DNA of 64,000 bases from Mustelus asterias (taxonomy: Eukaryota): positions 13,206,001-13,270,000 of the forward strand of contig NC_135830.1 in assembly GCF_964213995.1 (NCBI RefSeq), given 5' to 3'. Position numbers and translations under genes: made by a program. Below the pieces are notes generated by a model that worked only from the letters and a program-made list of their open reading frames with translations, did not search any database and was not told where the DNA came from. Of this stretch, positions 35,901-49,040 are shown in pieces; position 1 is the first letter of the stretch, and every line of letters begins with the position of its first letter.

Positions 35901-36722
35901 GTAAAGATTCTCTGTTGATTAGTGGGGTCAGTATGTCACGGGACAAGGATAAGGCCTGGGGAAAGTTGCTTTGTTGATTTGTGGGGTCAGTATGTCAGGG
36001 TACAGGGATAGGGCCTGGGTAAAGGTGCTCTGGTTATTAGTGGGGTCAGTACGTCAGGGTACAGGGATAGAACCTGGGAAAAAGGTGCTCGGTTGATTTG
36101 GGGGGTCAGTATGTCAGTGTACAGGGATTGGGCGTGGGTAAAGATGCTCTGACTTTGGGGTCAATTTGTCAGGATCTAGGGACAGGGCGTTGGTAAAGGT
36201 GTTCTGTTGATTAGTGGGGTCAGTATGTCAGGCTAAAGGGATAGGGCCTGGGGAAAGGTGCTCAGTTGATTCGTGGGGTCAGTATGCCAGCGTACAGTGA
36301 TAGGGCCTGGGTAAAGGTGCTCTGTTTATTAGTGGGGTCAGTCTGTCAGGGTGGAGGGATAGGGCCTGCGTAAATGTACTCTGCAGATGGGTGGTGTCGG
36401 TACATCAGGGTACAGGGATAGGACCTCGGAAAAGGTGCTCTGTTCATTAGTGAGGTCAGTATGTCAGGGGACAGGGATCGGGCCTGGGGAAAGGTACTCT
36501 GTTGGCCAGTGGGGTCATTATGTCAGGGTACAGGAATAGGGCTGGGAAAAGATGCTCTGATTAGTGGGGTCAGTATGTCAGGGTGCAGGGATAGGGCCTG
36601 GGTAAAGGTGCTCTCTAGATTCGTGGGGTCAGCATGTCAGGGTACAGGGATGGGGCCTGGGTTAATGTGCTCTGTTGATTAGTGGGGTCTGGAGTCAGTA
36701 TGTCAGGGGATTAGTGGGATCT
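32985..36722. repeat. ~59-bp minisatellite, roughly 60-65 copies
   Basis: Consensus GGGGTCAGTATGTCAGGGTACAGGGATAGGGCCTGGGTAAAGGTGCTCTGTTGATTAGT. Confidence 0.97.
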
Positions 36723-37173
36723 GGAGCGAAAGTGAACTGAAATGATGCAACAGAAACAGAGAGGGTGACCAGCGAAATAAAAATCCCTGATATCTATTGT
36801 GGAAGTCGCATTGTCAGGATTCTACGCCACGGAGTGAATAACGTCTTTTCTAATTCTTCATTAAATCAAAATACGCCTCACAGTGTCTGTTCAGGGAGAA
36901 ACAATGTTGATCTTTCAGCTGGTTGAACTTGTATCAGACTGGAAAAGTCAGAGATGAAACATCAGCAATGAAACCTGAAGAAGAATCACACAGCAGACAC
37001 ACGGCAGACATTTATCACAAAAGGAGCTGACACATGTCAAATTCTGCCCCTTTCTAGTCCTTCTTCTCCATTCAGACATTTCCACATCCGTCAGATATCA
37101 CTCACCTGAAAATCCAGCCTGTTCCTCGTTCCGCTCATGATGATACAGTAACTCCGTGCTGAACCCAGCAGTT

Positions 37174-37212
37174 GGCTCCATAGCTCAGTGGGTAGAGGAG
37201 ATTGGGTGTAAT
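37174..37212 (+). pseudogene. tRNA-Thr(TGT)-like 5' fragment (paralog at ~25109)
   Basis: GGCTCCATAGCTCAGTGGGTAGAG. Confidence 0.5.
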
Positions 37213-37309
37213 GTTGGAAAGTGACAAGATGTTCTCTTGTTCGTAAACGAGGAAAGAGCAAAGCATGTTTGAAAATGTGAGCTGATTTATCAGTAATGAT
37301 GTTCAAAAT

Positions 37310-37790
37310 GACTTGGGTGCTTTTATAAAAGGAACGCGGGACATTAGCGTGCAGGTGCAGCCAATAATTAGAAAGGCAAATGGAAGTTTGGTCTTTCATG
37401 CAAACAGATTGGAATACAAGAATAAGAAAAAAACTTGCTCCAGTTTTATGGGGTTTCACTGGGACCACATGTGGCACAGTGTGTGCAATTTTGATATCCA
37501 CATTTAAAAAAGAATATCATTGCACTGGAAACGGTGCACGAAAGGTTCACCAGGTTCGTCTCTGGGATGAGAGAGTTCTCCTGGGATGAGAGAGTTCTCT
37601 TGGGATGAGAGAGTTCTCCTGGGATGAGAGAGTTCTCCTGGGATGAGAGGCTGTGTAAATTGCGCTGAAATTACCTGAAGCTAAAAGAAAGTGAGAGGAT
37701 ATCTCATTGAATCCTGCTGAATACCGAGACATTGTTTGCACTGGTCGGGAAACCTAAAACACGGGGGCCCAGTCTCAAGATGAGCTCCCC
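37310..37790 (+). mobile_element. Old CR1 fragment containing a 19-bp tandem repeat (37562-37648)
   Basis: VQVQPIIRKANGSLVF-like translation; CTGGGATGAGAGAGTTCTC x~4.5. Confidence 0.75.
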
Positions 37791-38040
37791 TCGGCGAATT
37801 GACACAAGAGCACTTACAGACATGACTCTTATTAGATTCTAATTCTTAACTTTCATAACATATTTGAAATAAATATATTGATGCATGTATTATGTATGGA
37901 ATTAATATGTATTACAGAAATAATGTTGGTGACACCGGTTAACAGTAGAGACCACAACACTTGAGAAATATTTTTCGTTTTGCCCAAGGTCCCAGGCACT
38001 CTGTGACAATGAGTGCTGATGGAGAAAAAGTAGAAAACTC

Positions 38041-38115
38041 TGCCAGGGGATTGGTGTCGAACCACCAACCTATCTGTTAATAGTCGAATGCGCTGACCAA
38101 TTGCGCTTAACAGAC
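38041..38115 (-). pseudogene. tRNA-Asn pseudogene (ATT)
   Basis: Reverse complement GCGCAATTGGTCAGCGCATTCGACTATTAACAGATAGGTTGGTGGTTCGA. Confidence 0.8.
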
Positions 38116-38519
38116 TGACATAAACTGAGCCGACACTATATTAGAGTGTCAGCGAGTGCTGGATATAATCTAAAGTAATTTTATTTTGTATAAAACCAAA
38201 TCCAGAACTTTAGCATTACCACACCATTTACAATTCTATTCACTCAATTTGACTATTTCATCCACACAGTGTTGCTGTGAGTTAGTGGTTTCCCCGTTCT
38301 CCTAATATGGGAAGGGACCGTTTGAAATGGCAGACAGGGAGAAACTGTTTCCACTGAATGGGAACAGTAGCCAGAGGACTGGCACTGAAGATTCTCAAAG
38401 GCAGACTTGCATTTATATAGCACCATTCCCGATTATTGCACGCCAAAGGCGCTCATCAGCCAATGATACGCAGTTATAATTGAAAATGAAAACTTGCCAA
38501 CCAAACATTGAAGATGACA

Positions 38520-38565
38520 CTGATTTATCTGCAGTCAAATGCTCAACCACTGAGTTGTACCCCTC
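38520..38565 (-). pseudogene. tRNA-Cys(GCA) 5' half
   Basis: Reverse complement GGGGTACAACTCAGTGGTTGAGCATTTGACTGCAGAT. Confidence 0.75.
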
Positions 38566-39662
38566 AGTTATCAGTTAAGGCTCCGGATCCAGCATTATAC
38601 TGTTTTCTGAGTGAAGTGCAAGAGTCTAGTGTTTAATTCAGCGAGACATTTCCTTTTAATTTGACCAAAATTTAGATCCAGATCTTGGAGATATCTGTGT
38701 CAGTGGAAATAATAAAATCTATCCTATTGCCACCCAGATTTCATCTTGTGTCGCAATCTTTACGATCAGCTCTTTGCAGCCTATTGCTCAACTTCACTAT
38801 CTGTGTTTGTTCTTGGCCTGTTGCCCATGCGACATTTCCAATACGGACACAAATCTCGAAAACTCATTCCACTGATTCTGACAGCGCTGTTTTCGATCAG
38901 GTCTGTTAAACGGATTCTCAAAAAGATTACATTTTAGTATATCGAAGCCGTGACCCTGAAAACTCAGAATTCTAACCACTTGACCATCAGAGTCTCATCT
39001 TCCTGATTCTTCCAGATACTCATTACAGGAATGAGCACAGTGTCAATTACCCACAGTGACACCTCATTTCAGTCCTATGCACGCTATGAAGCTTTAAAAT
39101 TATTTATATTTCCACATGAGCTTCCAGCGTGACGAACGCAGAGCTGTGATCAGCTGATGTTGTTCAACAAATTTACAGCATTAAGGTTTATAATAGGTTG
39201 ATGCTAACACTGTTCTTTGAATGTAGTGAGTTACAGTGACATTTAATGCAGGAGAAGGTAGCTTACTCATTTTGACAGGAGAAACCAGCCGGGCAATGCA
39301 AATGTGAATTGCTGTGGGCAATGGGGGGGATTGTCGAATGGGTCTGGTTATTCTCCCTGCTGTTTAAACTGGCACAAGTACCAGTACCGTTGGAGGAAAT
39401 AATTTCAGCTTCTCTTAATTCCAGCGCTGCAGGAGAGCAAAAAACGATCATTACCTGACAGGGAATCGATCCCTCGTCAACCTGCGATAAATATTTCACC
39501 TCAGTGTCGATTTCATGTTGCAGCTGAGACCAATCAGTGCTCTCCTTAGCTGAAGGAGGGTTGGTGTTCCAGCTCAACATGGCATTTTGTCCGACAAACA
39601 TGTCTTGGGTACTTTAAACATGTTGACGTTGATAAATGAGGTTGGAATCCTTGCAAGTATCT

Positions 39663-39733
39663 TCCTTGGTAGTCCAGTGGTTCGGTTTCAGCGCTTTTAC
39701 CGCCGCAGCCCGGGTTCTTTTCCAATCAGCGAA
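39663..39733 (+). pseudogene. tRNA-Glu pseudogene
   Basis: TCCTTGGTAGTCCAGTGGTT..CAGCGCTTTTACCGCCGCAGCCCGGGTTC. Confidence 0.8.
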
Positions 39734-40675
39734 TAAAAATTGATTTCTCTGGCACGGGGTATGAATTAAGAGGAGCTGAAATAACTTCCTGATAGGACAC
39801 GGGAGATTTTCAAAAACACGGAGAAAATATCCGTCCCTGAGCACAACCAGGTCAATTTCCCGCATCAATTTATATTGACATTGCCTCTGATAGTCCCTCC
39901 TGTCAAATTGGACAACCATACATTCTATTGCGTTAAGTCTGAACCCAAAAAAAATGTTCGATCGAAAGTATTTCATGAAGTTTAAATTAAATCAAAAGTT
40001 TTAATAAACGGACCCACGTCCTCCAAAAAGCTGCCAGCTTGCATGCAGTGCCTTAGGCAGTGACCAACCTTACTGACATAATCATTTGTTGACAGATCTG
40101 GATTGCCAGTCAACAGAATCAATGGAGTAGGATTGCATCACATGCCCCATTGAGCCTCCTCTACCACTGAATAAGTTCAAGGTGGGTCTATAGACTAAGT
40201 ACCGATTTCCAACCCGACCCAATAGCCCTTCATTCCTTTAAGTCTCACGATCTCTCCATCTCATCCGTCAGATATCTCCATCGACTGAGAATCCACAGAC
40301 ATGGTTTATGGAGTTACACGGATTCACAAGCCTTTGAGTGAAGAAATGTCTCCTCACCTCAGTCCTAAATGGCTGACATTATCCGGAGAATGCGAACCGA
40401 GTTCCGGGCGCTTCATCCAGGAAACAAACAGCCTCCAATATGTAGATAAAAACACATTACTCTGAGTGCTGAAATCTGAACCAAAAAAGGAAACTGCTGG
40501 ATAAAGGCTGCAGGTCTGACAGCAGCGGTGGAGCGAGAAGGGAACTACCGTTTCGCGTCTGGATGTATCTAACAATGAAACTTATCATAACAAACTGGTC
40601 TATTGTGTTTGTGAGCTGAAGTGAGGCAGTGTGTAAACTCATGATATTCAGCTCATTGCAGCAGCTAATGTCAGC

Positions 40676-40747
40676 TACCTTGGTGGTCGAGTGGTTATGA
40701 TTAAGTGTTTTCGCCGTTGCGACCCGTCATCGATTTTCGGGCAGTTT
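40676..40747 (+). pseudogene. tRNA-Glu pseudogene
   Basis: CCTTGGTGGTCGAGTGGTTATGATT..TTTCGCCG..GACCCG..TCGATT. Confidence 0.6.
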
Positions 40748-42319
40748 TATCATACTGGTTTGCATACTATCACAATGAGCTTTGTCAGCGCCTGTGGCGT
40801 GAGAGACAAAGTTAATCTTCCAACAAAATGATCTTTAACCAGAGCTCGAAAATCGGAGATTAAACAGGTGGAAAACAAACCCTTGACTATGATCACGAGT
40901 GATTCCAGAATAAATGTGCTTTTTGTCATGTTCTAACTCGGTGTCAGTACTACTCAGGACAATAGTTACCGCACGTTTTTAAGAGGAAGCGTGGGCGATC
41001 GCTTATCTCGCCCATGTCAATGATTCCTGCTGTTACTGAATACTCTCAGGTTAGGGCGGTCTCTATAAATATAAAGACTCTGTGTTCAAGCCGTAAACCA
41101 TGTCCCCTCCCCGTGTTATCTTTAGATCATTTAGTTCTCCAAACAGCTTCACATTGGTTTACAATCTATGAGGATTGACATCTATGATGTTTCTGCCTGA
41201 GAACTAGCAGTCAGTTTTGTGCCCTTGAGTACTGTCTCGCAGCGAGCAGTGTGCAGGACTTGTTTGCTCAACTACGTCTTTTAGCACTTTTACTGTAGAT
41301 GGCTATTAGTGTGGCGACTAACCCCCTTTACGCTGCATCACCGTAACCTTTTCTCTTCTTTTCTCGTCAAGCACGGACACAATGTGAATAAAGACTGCAA
41401 AGATTAAGAAAAAATAAACTCTATGCCATAATAGGTTTGTGTTTTCAATATTCATAGAATCAGAGTGAAATTTGGTCAATTGTTTCGGGCAACTTAAATT
41501 TTTTTTTAGCATGTTCCAGTATGTAAGATTAATGTCTGGCAGAGTAATTCCGGAGTGGAAAAAAGTTTACACACTCCCATTCTAAACGGGGTTAGTGTCT
41601 GATAACTGCACCAGATGTACAAATTACAGTTTGAAATAACCCCAATTTCAATCTCCATGTGGTATCCCGCTTGCTGAATGAGGAACAAAGTTCCTGTAAA
41701 GTATTTGCTAATAAAACAGGCGAATGCACCAGCCGAACTCCTGTTGCAAGCTTAAAATGCTGGTAATATTGTTCAGTAGTCACACTTCAGCAACCGGTTC
41801 CCAAGCGCAGGCATTGAGTTACTGAGACTCACGACGTCAAACGCATGCAGTCGCTGTGGGTCTCCAGCAGAAGGAGACATTGTATCAATTCAATAGTACG
41901 ATAGTGAACCAGATCTGAGGAGATTTTTAGGGGAAATGAAAGCACCGACATCCATATCTATGAAAATGGGATTCAAAGGAAAATATTGTCCGACAGTTGT
42001 GAATTCATCACTTTCATTGACAGTTAGATTCCTACCGATGGAATTGAATGTTTGCAAGTAATCATTTCATTACATTCTATTCTCATTGCTTTTATGAATT
42101 CATTGCTTTTATCACCAAGACTTTGGTAAATATTATTAATCATAGCTGGACAGATATCAATCTGTCCCTCAGTTTTCCACACTTCAGCCATTTTTGTTCG
42201 AGGTCCCATCACACATCCAGTCCAATTCTGCCTCGATTCTGGTCGGCGTATATTAAAGATGTGTTTGCTTATTTGAAATTTCCACTCGAGGACATTTATT
42301 GCCCGAACTCATTCTGACA

Positions 42320-43045
42320 CATAGAACAAAGGAAGGAACAAAGAAAATTACAGCACAGGAACAGGCCCTCCAAGCTGCCCAACTTAACTAAAGCGCCTCA
42401 CTCTTCCGGGGACAATATCGCTCTATTCCCATTCCATTCATGTATTTGTCAAGAGGCCCCTTAAAAGCCACTGCCGTATCCGCTTCTACTACCTCCCCCA
42501 GCAGTGAGTTCCAGGCACCCACCATACTCTGTGTGAAAAATCTGCCTCGTACATCTCCTTTAAATCTTGCCCCTCGCCCCTTAAACCTGTGCCACCGAGT
42601 AATTGACTCTTCCACCCTGGGAAAAAGCTTCTGACTATCCACTCTGTCCATGCCTCTCGTAATCTTATAGACTTCTAACAGCTCGCCACTCATCCTTCAT
42701 CGCTCCAATGAGAAAAAATCAAATTTCTCCCACTTCTCTTCATAGCTAATGCCCTCCATACCAGGCAACATCCTGGTAAATCTTTTCTGTACCCTCGCCA
42801 AAGCCTCCACATCCTTCTGGTAGTGTGGTGACCGGAATTGAACACTACATTCCAAGTGCGGCCTAACTAAGGTTATATAAAGCTGCAACATGTCTTGCCA
42901 ATTTCTCAACTCAATGTCCCGGCCAATGAAGGCAAGCATGCCGTATGCCTTCTTGACTACCTTCTCCACTTTCAGTGACCTGAGCACTTGTACACCCAGA
43001 TCTGTTTGCCTATCAATACTCTTCCGGGTTCTGCCAATTACTGTA
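42320..43045 (-). mobile_element. CR1 LINE 3' fragment
   Basis: ORFs 42388-42693 and 42697-42987; same subfamily as 1082-1854. Confidence 0.95.
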
Positions 43046-43309
43046 TCATGCTGGAAATTCCATGGGAGTTTTGGAATGATTTACTAACCACGTCTTTGCA
43101 TTGTTAGCAAATTGTACCAAATGCTTTGCCGAATGCTCGAATTGTCTAAAGGAAGAGAACAATATTACTATTCTGAAAACCCTGCCTTCAAATCGTATTT
43201 GCTGAATTATAATTGGACATAAACGTTCCATTGGAAAACCTTATCAGCATAATATTAGAGGCATAAATAATCAACTTACATTTTCCAAGTGTAAAGTCAT
43301 CAGGAGTCT

Positions 43310-44660
43310 GTGTTGGGATGGGGCGGCGGTGGAGGGTTCGGGTTGGGTGGATGGTAAAGAGTGGGATGTTGGAGTGGATGGTGGAGGTTTGTTGTTGATT
43401 AGAATGATGGGAGTTTGGGGAAGGAGTTGTCTGAATGGAGATGGAGTGGATGGTGGGAGGGGCGGTGTTGAGTGGGATGGTGGGGGTTTGTGGGAGGAGT
43501 TGGAAATTATGGTGAATGTTGGGGAATTGGGGCGGATAGTGGAGGTATGATTTGGGTTGAACGGTGGGTGATTCCGGGAGATGAGAAGGTGGATAGTGAA
43601 GGGTGGGAAGACGGAATGCATGGTGGGACTTGCGGGGTTGTCTTGGATGGTGGGAGTTTCGTGGAGGAGTTGGAGTGGATCGTGATGGATGGAGAGTTCG
43701 ATTGAATGATGGGAGTTGTGGGGTTGAGTTGGATGGTGGGGGTTTGCGGGAGGAGTTGGGATGGATGGTGAAGTGTGGGGATGTGGAGTAAATGTTGGGA
43801 GGTGTGGGGTCCGGTTGGATGTTGGGAGTTTGGGGGATGAGTTGGGGTGGATGGTGAATTGTGGGGAATTGGAGTGGATGGTGTGCGGTTGGTTTGGGTG
43901 GTACTAGTTTGGTGACGGGTTCTGGGAGATGGTTGAAGGTGTGGGGTTAGGTTGGATGATAGGGGGTTGGTGGAGGAGTTGGGGTGGATGGTGTATGGTG
44001 AGGATTTGGAGTGCATGGTGGAAGGTGTGGGGTTGTGTTTGATGGTGGGAGTTTGGTGTAAGTGTTGGTGTGGATGGTGAAGAGTGTGGAGTTGGAGTGG
44101 ATGGCATGAGGTGTGCGTTGGGTTGGATTGTGGCTTTTGAGTGGAGGGGTTGAGGTGGATAGTGAAGGGTAGAGAGGTGGACTGGGTAGTGTGGAGGGTG
44201 TGGAGTGGAGTGCAAGGTTGGATTTGTGCGATTGGGTTGGATGATGGCTGTTGAGTGGTGGAGTTAGGGCTGATAGAGAAGGGTGGGGAGTTGGAGTGGA
44301 TGGTGGGAGGCCGTGGGATTGCATTGGATGTTGGGAGTTTGGGGGATGAGTTGGGGTGGGTGGTGAAGGGTGGGGAGTTGGGGTCGATGGAGGAGGGCGT
44401 GGATTTGGCATGAATGGTGGATGGTGTCTGGATGGGTTGGCTGGTAGGAGTTTTTGGCAGGAGTTGGGGTGGATGGTGAAGGGTGGGGAGTTCGAGTGGA
44501 TGGTAGGAGGTGTGAGGTTGGGTTTGATGGTCGGAGTTTAGGGGATGAGTTGGGGTGCATGGTGAATAGCGAAGATTTTGTGTGGATGTTTGGGGGGTGT
44601 GGTATTGTTTGGATGGTAGTTGTTTGGGGGAGGAGTTGGGCTGGATGATGAAGCGTTGAT
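43310..44660. repeat. Strand-biased G/T-rich degenerate tandem repeat
   Basis: Recurrent GGAGTTGGRGTGGATGGTG; very few C on the plus strand. Confidence 0.9.
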
Positions 44661-44959
44661 GGGACTGAGGTCAAAACAGAGTTCTCTTTCTTTTGGAGCA
44701 TGGGGGTGGGTTGGAGCTGAAGTAAAATGCTGCATCCTGTGTCCCCCTCCCAAACGAAGAGGAGAATCGATTCGAGAAATCAATGCGTCCAGTCCGTGCT
44801 GAATGCGAGGATCAACCTGACTGAAATCTAGATTAAAATGTTTGGACTTCTTTTTCAAATTTTAAATCCGTCTCCATCACTTATTCTGGTTGATGAATGG
44901 AAATGTGACCTCACTGTGAGATGGTTTTATTCAGGTAAGCGAGCTATAATGACTGACTA

Positions 44960-45867
44960 TCAGATCACTGTTTTAATGAACTGCACAATTCCAGTAAATG
45001 GTAGTTTCACCACATTCTTCAGATCCTCTCTGAATTGTGCCTGGGTCACAGCATAAATGCATGTGTTGGTGCAGCAACTCAGGAGTTGCAGCATAAATCC
45101 CAGTTCCTGCACAAATTCGGGCAAAATTGTACTAATTACTCTGATACGCTCCAATCGGCTACAAAACGAATAGATGAGGAACACTGACCATAACAAGATG
45201 AAATTTCCCGATATTGCAAACAGTAAGATAATGGATTTCCTTCTCTTTTCTATCTCTGGGTCACTTTCACTTCCCCCACTCTTGTGGCTCCGAAGTCTCC
45301 TGCGGACTTTGCTGGACACTAAAATGTGTTTAACGGTTATAACATTGAGCAGCAGAATCAACAAGAAAGGAACAAATGGATTTAAAATATAGTGTACAAT
45401 TTCAACTGCTGCCCACACTCCTGATTCTGTAACAGCATAATGTACATAACAAAACCAAGGATTATTTCCGAAAGAATATTTATCGCCACACATGAAGTAC
45501 CAGAAAGTATTCTTTACAGTGAACACCACACTCACTGTTCCGAGAACCACAGCTGCCGTTTTCTCGGTGCAGTGTTTTATTTTCAGTTTCTGACAAGTAA
45601 TGGCGACGAAACGATCAAAGGTGAAAGCGACAGTGAACCAGACAGAACAATCAGTGACTGCGTAAAGCAGGACAGCATGGATATTACACACTCTCATGTG
45701 AGCCATGAACCGAAATTGATGAAAAAAACGGATAGTAATTTGTCTCAATATGAGATCAATGATAACGACCAGTAGATCTGCCGCTGACATCGAAATTAGG
45801 TAACGTGTGACACATTTGGAAAGCCCACACCTTCCTCGTGATAGGATAAGAATCGTCAGTAAGTTCA
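44960..45867 (-). CDS. GPR139-like class A GPCR, coding exon 2
   Basis: VNLLTILILSR, ADLLV, SVWFTVAFTFDRFVAI, ECL2 Cys, NTCIY; acceptor CCTTACAG; TGA at 44960. Confidence 0.93.
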
Positions 45868-46494
45868 CTGTAAGGAAGAGAGGCACAATTAATTCATATT
45901 TCAGACTGAGATCAGGGGCAGCGATCTTTCAGGGTCCTGTGGAACATTTGCAGCTTTCTTTTATAGTCCAACCTCAGAATAGAATGACTTCACCTGTAAC
46001 CTTTCTTTCACCTGGAGAAAGAGGTTAAAGGAATAAAACACCGCATTAATGTAGCAAGAAATACAATTATCCAACAGATGTAATCTATTTGCTGCCTTGT
46101 GCAGGATTTCCCTTTGGGAGACATAATATTTTTGGCTGAAATGCAACACAAACGTGTTTCTGGTGCTAGACACTGCTGTGTCTGTGCTAAAATCTGTCCA
46201 TTTGTACATCTTGGATAAGTTGCTTTGGACTTGCTTGTGAATCGCGAAGCTGGTCTTTTTTTAGCTGATGTTAAGCTACTTTGTCACTTCGACGGGAAGT
46301 GTCAAAGTGACAGTCGGGAATGGAGGATGCGGGGAGTACCTGGCTGCTTGATGTCTGGAGAAGAGCGGGTGGCTCTTTGGGGCAGGTGCGGAGGGCGGGG
46401 GTCGGAGGTTGCTGGAGCAGCTAACGGTGCTTTCAAAGTGGGCGGATTTCATGCCGGAGCTGCAATCGAGCTGACTATTCTTGCGAGTTTATCC

Positions 46495-46565
46495 ATGTGT
46501 GTGTGTGTGTATTTGTGTGTGTGTGTGTGCGCGCGCGCGCGTGCGTCCGTGTGTGCCTGTGTGTA
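46495..46565. repeat. (GT)n(GC)n microsatellite
   Basis: Direct reading. Confidence 0.9.
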
Positions 46566-46567
46566 TG

Positions 46568-48595
46568 TCATAGAGTAATAGAGTCAAAGTGGTTTGCAGC
46601 ACGGCCATTGGGCCGAATTTGTCCACGCTGCCCTGTTTTTACCATTAACCTGGTACCAACTATCCCTCGACACCACTCTGACCCATGTAGCTTTCTAAAT
46701 GGTTTTTCAAAGACAACGTTGTACCCGCCTCTACTACTACCTCTGGCAGTTTATTCCAGGCACTCACCGCCCTCTCTGAGAAAAATCGATCCTCTGGACC
46801 CTTTTGTTTCTCTCCCCGCTCATCTTAATCTTATGCCCTCTTCTTTCAGACTCCCCTACATTTGGGAACATATGTTCACTATCGACACCATCTATGCCCC
46901 TCATTATTTTAGAGACTTCTGTTAGATCACCCCTGGGCGGCACAATGGCACGGTGATTGGCATTGCTGCCTCATAGCGCCATGGACCTGGGTTTGATTCC
47001 CAGCTTGTGTCACTGCCTGTGTGGAGTTTGCACATTCTCCCCGTGCCTGTGTGTGTTTCCTCTGGGTGCTCAGGTTTCCTCACACAGTTCAAAGATGTGC
47101 AGGTTAGGTTGATTGGACATAGTAAATTGCCACGTAGCGTCAGGGGGGCGAGCATGGTAAATGCTGAGTGTCACGGGAATAGGGGCTGGGTAAGATTGTG
47201 TTCGGTACAGACTCGATGGGCAAAATGGCCTCCTCCTGCACTGTAGGGATTCTATGATATAAGCCTCCTCTGATCCAGGGAAGAAATGTCGCAGCCTATC
47301 CAGCCTCTGGTAATAACTCAAACCATCAAGTCCCGGTAGCAACAGACTATATTTTCTTTGCATTCTTTCCAGCTTAATAATTTTTTTTCGTATAATAGGG
47401 TGACTCCAATTGGACATCATATTACATTTGTGGCGTTGCCAATATTTCGTGCAACTTCAATGAGACGTCCCAACTTCTGCATTCAATTTTCTGACCAACG
47501 AAACCAAGAATGCCGAATGCCTTATTCATCACTCTGTCCACCTGTGACTCCACTTTCAAGGAGATATATAGCATGAGATATATTTGTTCTATGACTCTCT
47601 CAACGCCCTACAATTTACTGAATATATGCTGCACAGGTTCGATCTACGAAAATGCATCACCTCACATTTATCTAAATTTAACTCAATCTGCCATTCATCA
47701 TCCCATTGGTCCAACTGTTCAAGAGCACGTGGCAATCATAAATAACTTAAATTGTCAACTGTACTACCAATTTTGCTGTCTGCTGCAAACGTACTAAATT
47801 CTCATCCAATTCATTAATATAAATGACATACGCCAGTGGACCCAGCATAGATCCGTGAGGCACAGCGTTGGTCACAGGCGTCCAGTTTGAAAAACAATCT
47901 TGTACAACCACCCTCTGCCTTCTGTCTTCAAGTTAGTTTTGTATCCAATTGGCTACCTCACCCTGCATCCATTGAGATGAAACTTTATGCACCAACCTAT
48001 CATGCGGTACCCTGCCAATTGCCTTGTTAAAATCCAAATAGACATCATCGACTGCACTGCCCTCCTTCTCGATAATATGTGCACTCCTCAAGACATCGAT
48101 ATTTATTTCCCCAAGTTCCCTAACAGCCATGCCTTTCTCAGTAGCAAATACTGATGAGAAATATTCATTTAGGATCTCAGCCATCTCTTGTGGCTCCACA
48201 CATAGATGACCTTGTTGATTCTTAAGGGGCCCTATTTTCTCCCCAGTCACTCTTTTGCACTTTGTGTGTTTGTAGAAGCTCTATGCATTTCCTTGACGTT
48301 ATCTGCCAAAGCAATTTCGTGTCCCATTTTTGTTCTCCTGATTTATCGCTTAACTTTACCCCAACACCCTCTATACAATTCAAGGGATCCAGTTGATCCC
48401 AGTTGCCTATGCTTTTTGCTTCTTGACCAGGGCCTCAACATCCCAAGTCATCCAGGGTTCCCTATTTCTACCAGCCTTGCTCTTCACCCTGAAAGGAATG
48501 TGCTTACCCTGAACCTTTGTTAACACACTGTTTAAAGACTTCCACTTACCAGACGTCAATTTGCTTGCCAATAGACTCCCCCAATTTAGAGATTG
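46568..48595 (-). mobile_element. Old, fragmented CR1 LINE in the GPCR intron
   Basis: Minus-strand ORF pieces IGPLKNQQGHLCVEP, VYLDFNKA, LERMQRK. Confidence 0.85.
46935..47258 (+). mobile_element. HE1-type SINE nested in CR1
   Basis: gggcggcac head, gtagggattctatga tail. Confidence 0.9.
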
Positions 48596-48859
48596 ATAGT
48601 GCATTTGTGGGAGACATTGTGCGTGAACGCGAGAGTATGTGCCAGATTGTTTTTAAGAATTGTGCGTGTGCGAGGGATTGTTTGTGAGAGAGAGTGATTG
48701 CGTGGGAGAGATATATACGTATCATGTTAGAGGAATAGAGTGGGGTTGTGTATGAGAGAGAGTTGTTGTGTGTATTTTGGTGGTGGGAAGTGATTTCACT
48801 TCCAGCATCAGATTTCATACAGCCTCACTGCCACGCACCAATACGCCCACATTTCAGTG

Positions 48860-49040
48860 TTTCCTCCCACAATCCGAAAGACATGTTGATTAGGTGCATT
48901 GGCCATGCTAAATTCTCCCTCAGTGTACACAAACAGGCGCCGGAATGTGGTGACTCGGGGACTTTCACAGTAACTTCATTGTAATGTTAACATCAGTCTA
49001 CTTGTGACACTAATAAATAAACTTAAAACTTAAATAAACT
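48860..49040 (+). mobile_element. SINE 3' part with 'B' tail
   Basis: tttcacagtaacttcattg...cttgtgacactaataaataaacttaaa. Confidence 0.85.

Noticed and set aside
32985-36722. CRISPR-like or Ig switch-like array
   Set aside because: No unique spacers, vertebrate context, no AGCT enrichment; a SINE-derived tandem repeat explains it.
39451-39475. TTACCTGACAGGG resembling the U1 snRNA 5' end
   Set aside because: Better explained as the reverse complement of a tRNA-Glu 3' end; no further U1 similarity.
41054-41075. GC box plus TATA (GGGCGG..TATAAATATAAA), histone-promoter-like
   Set aside because: No histone or other credible ORF and no histone stem-loop downstream.
43271-44858. Pro/His/Thr-rich or Gly/Val/Trp-rich ORFs
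   Set aside because: Products of low-complexity repeat sequence.
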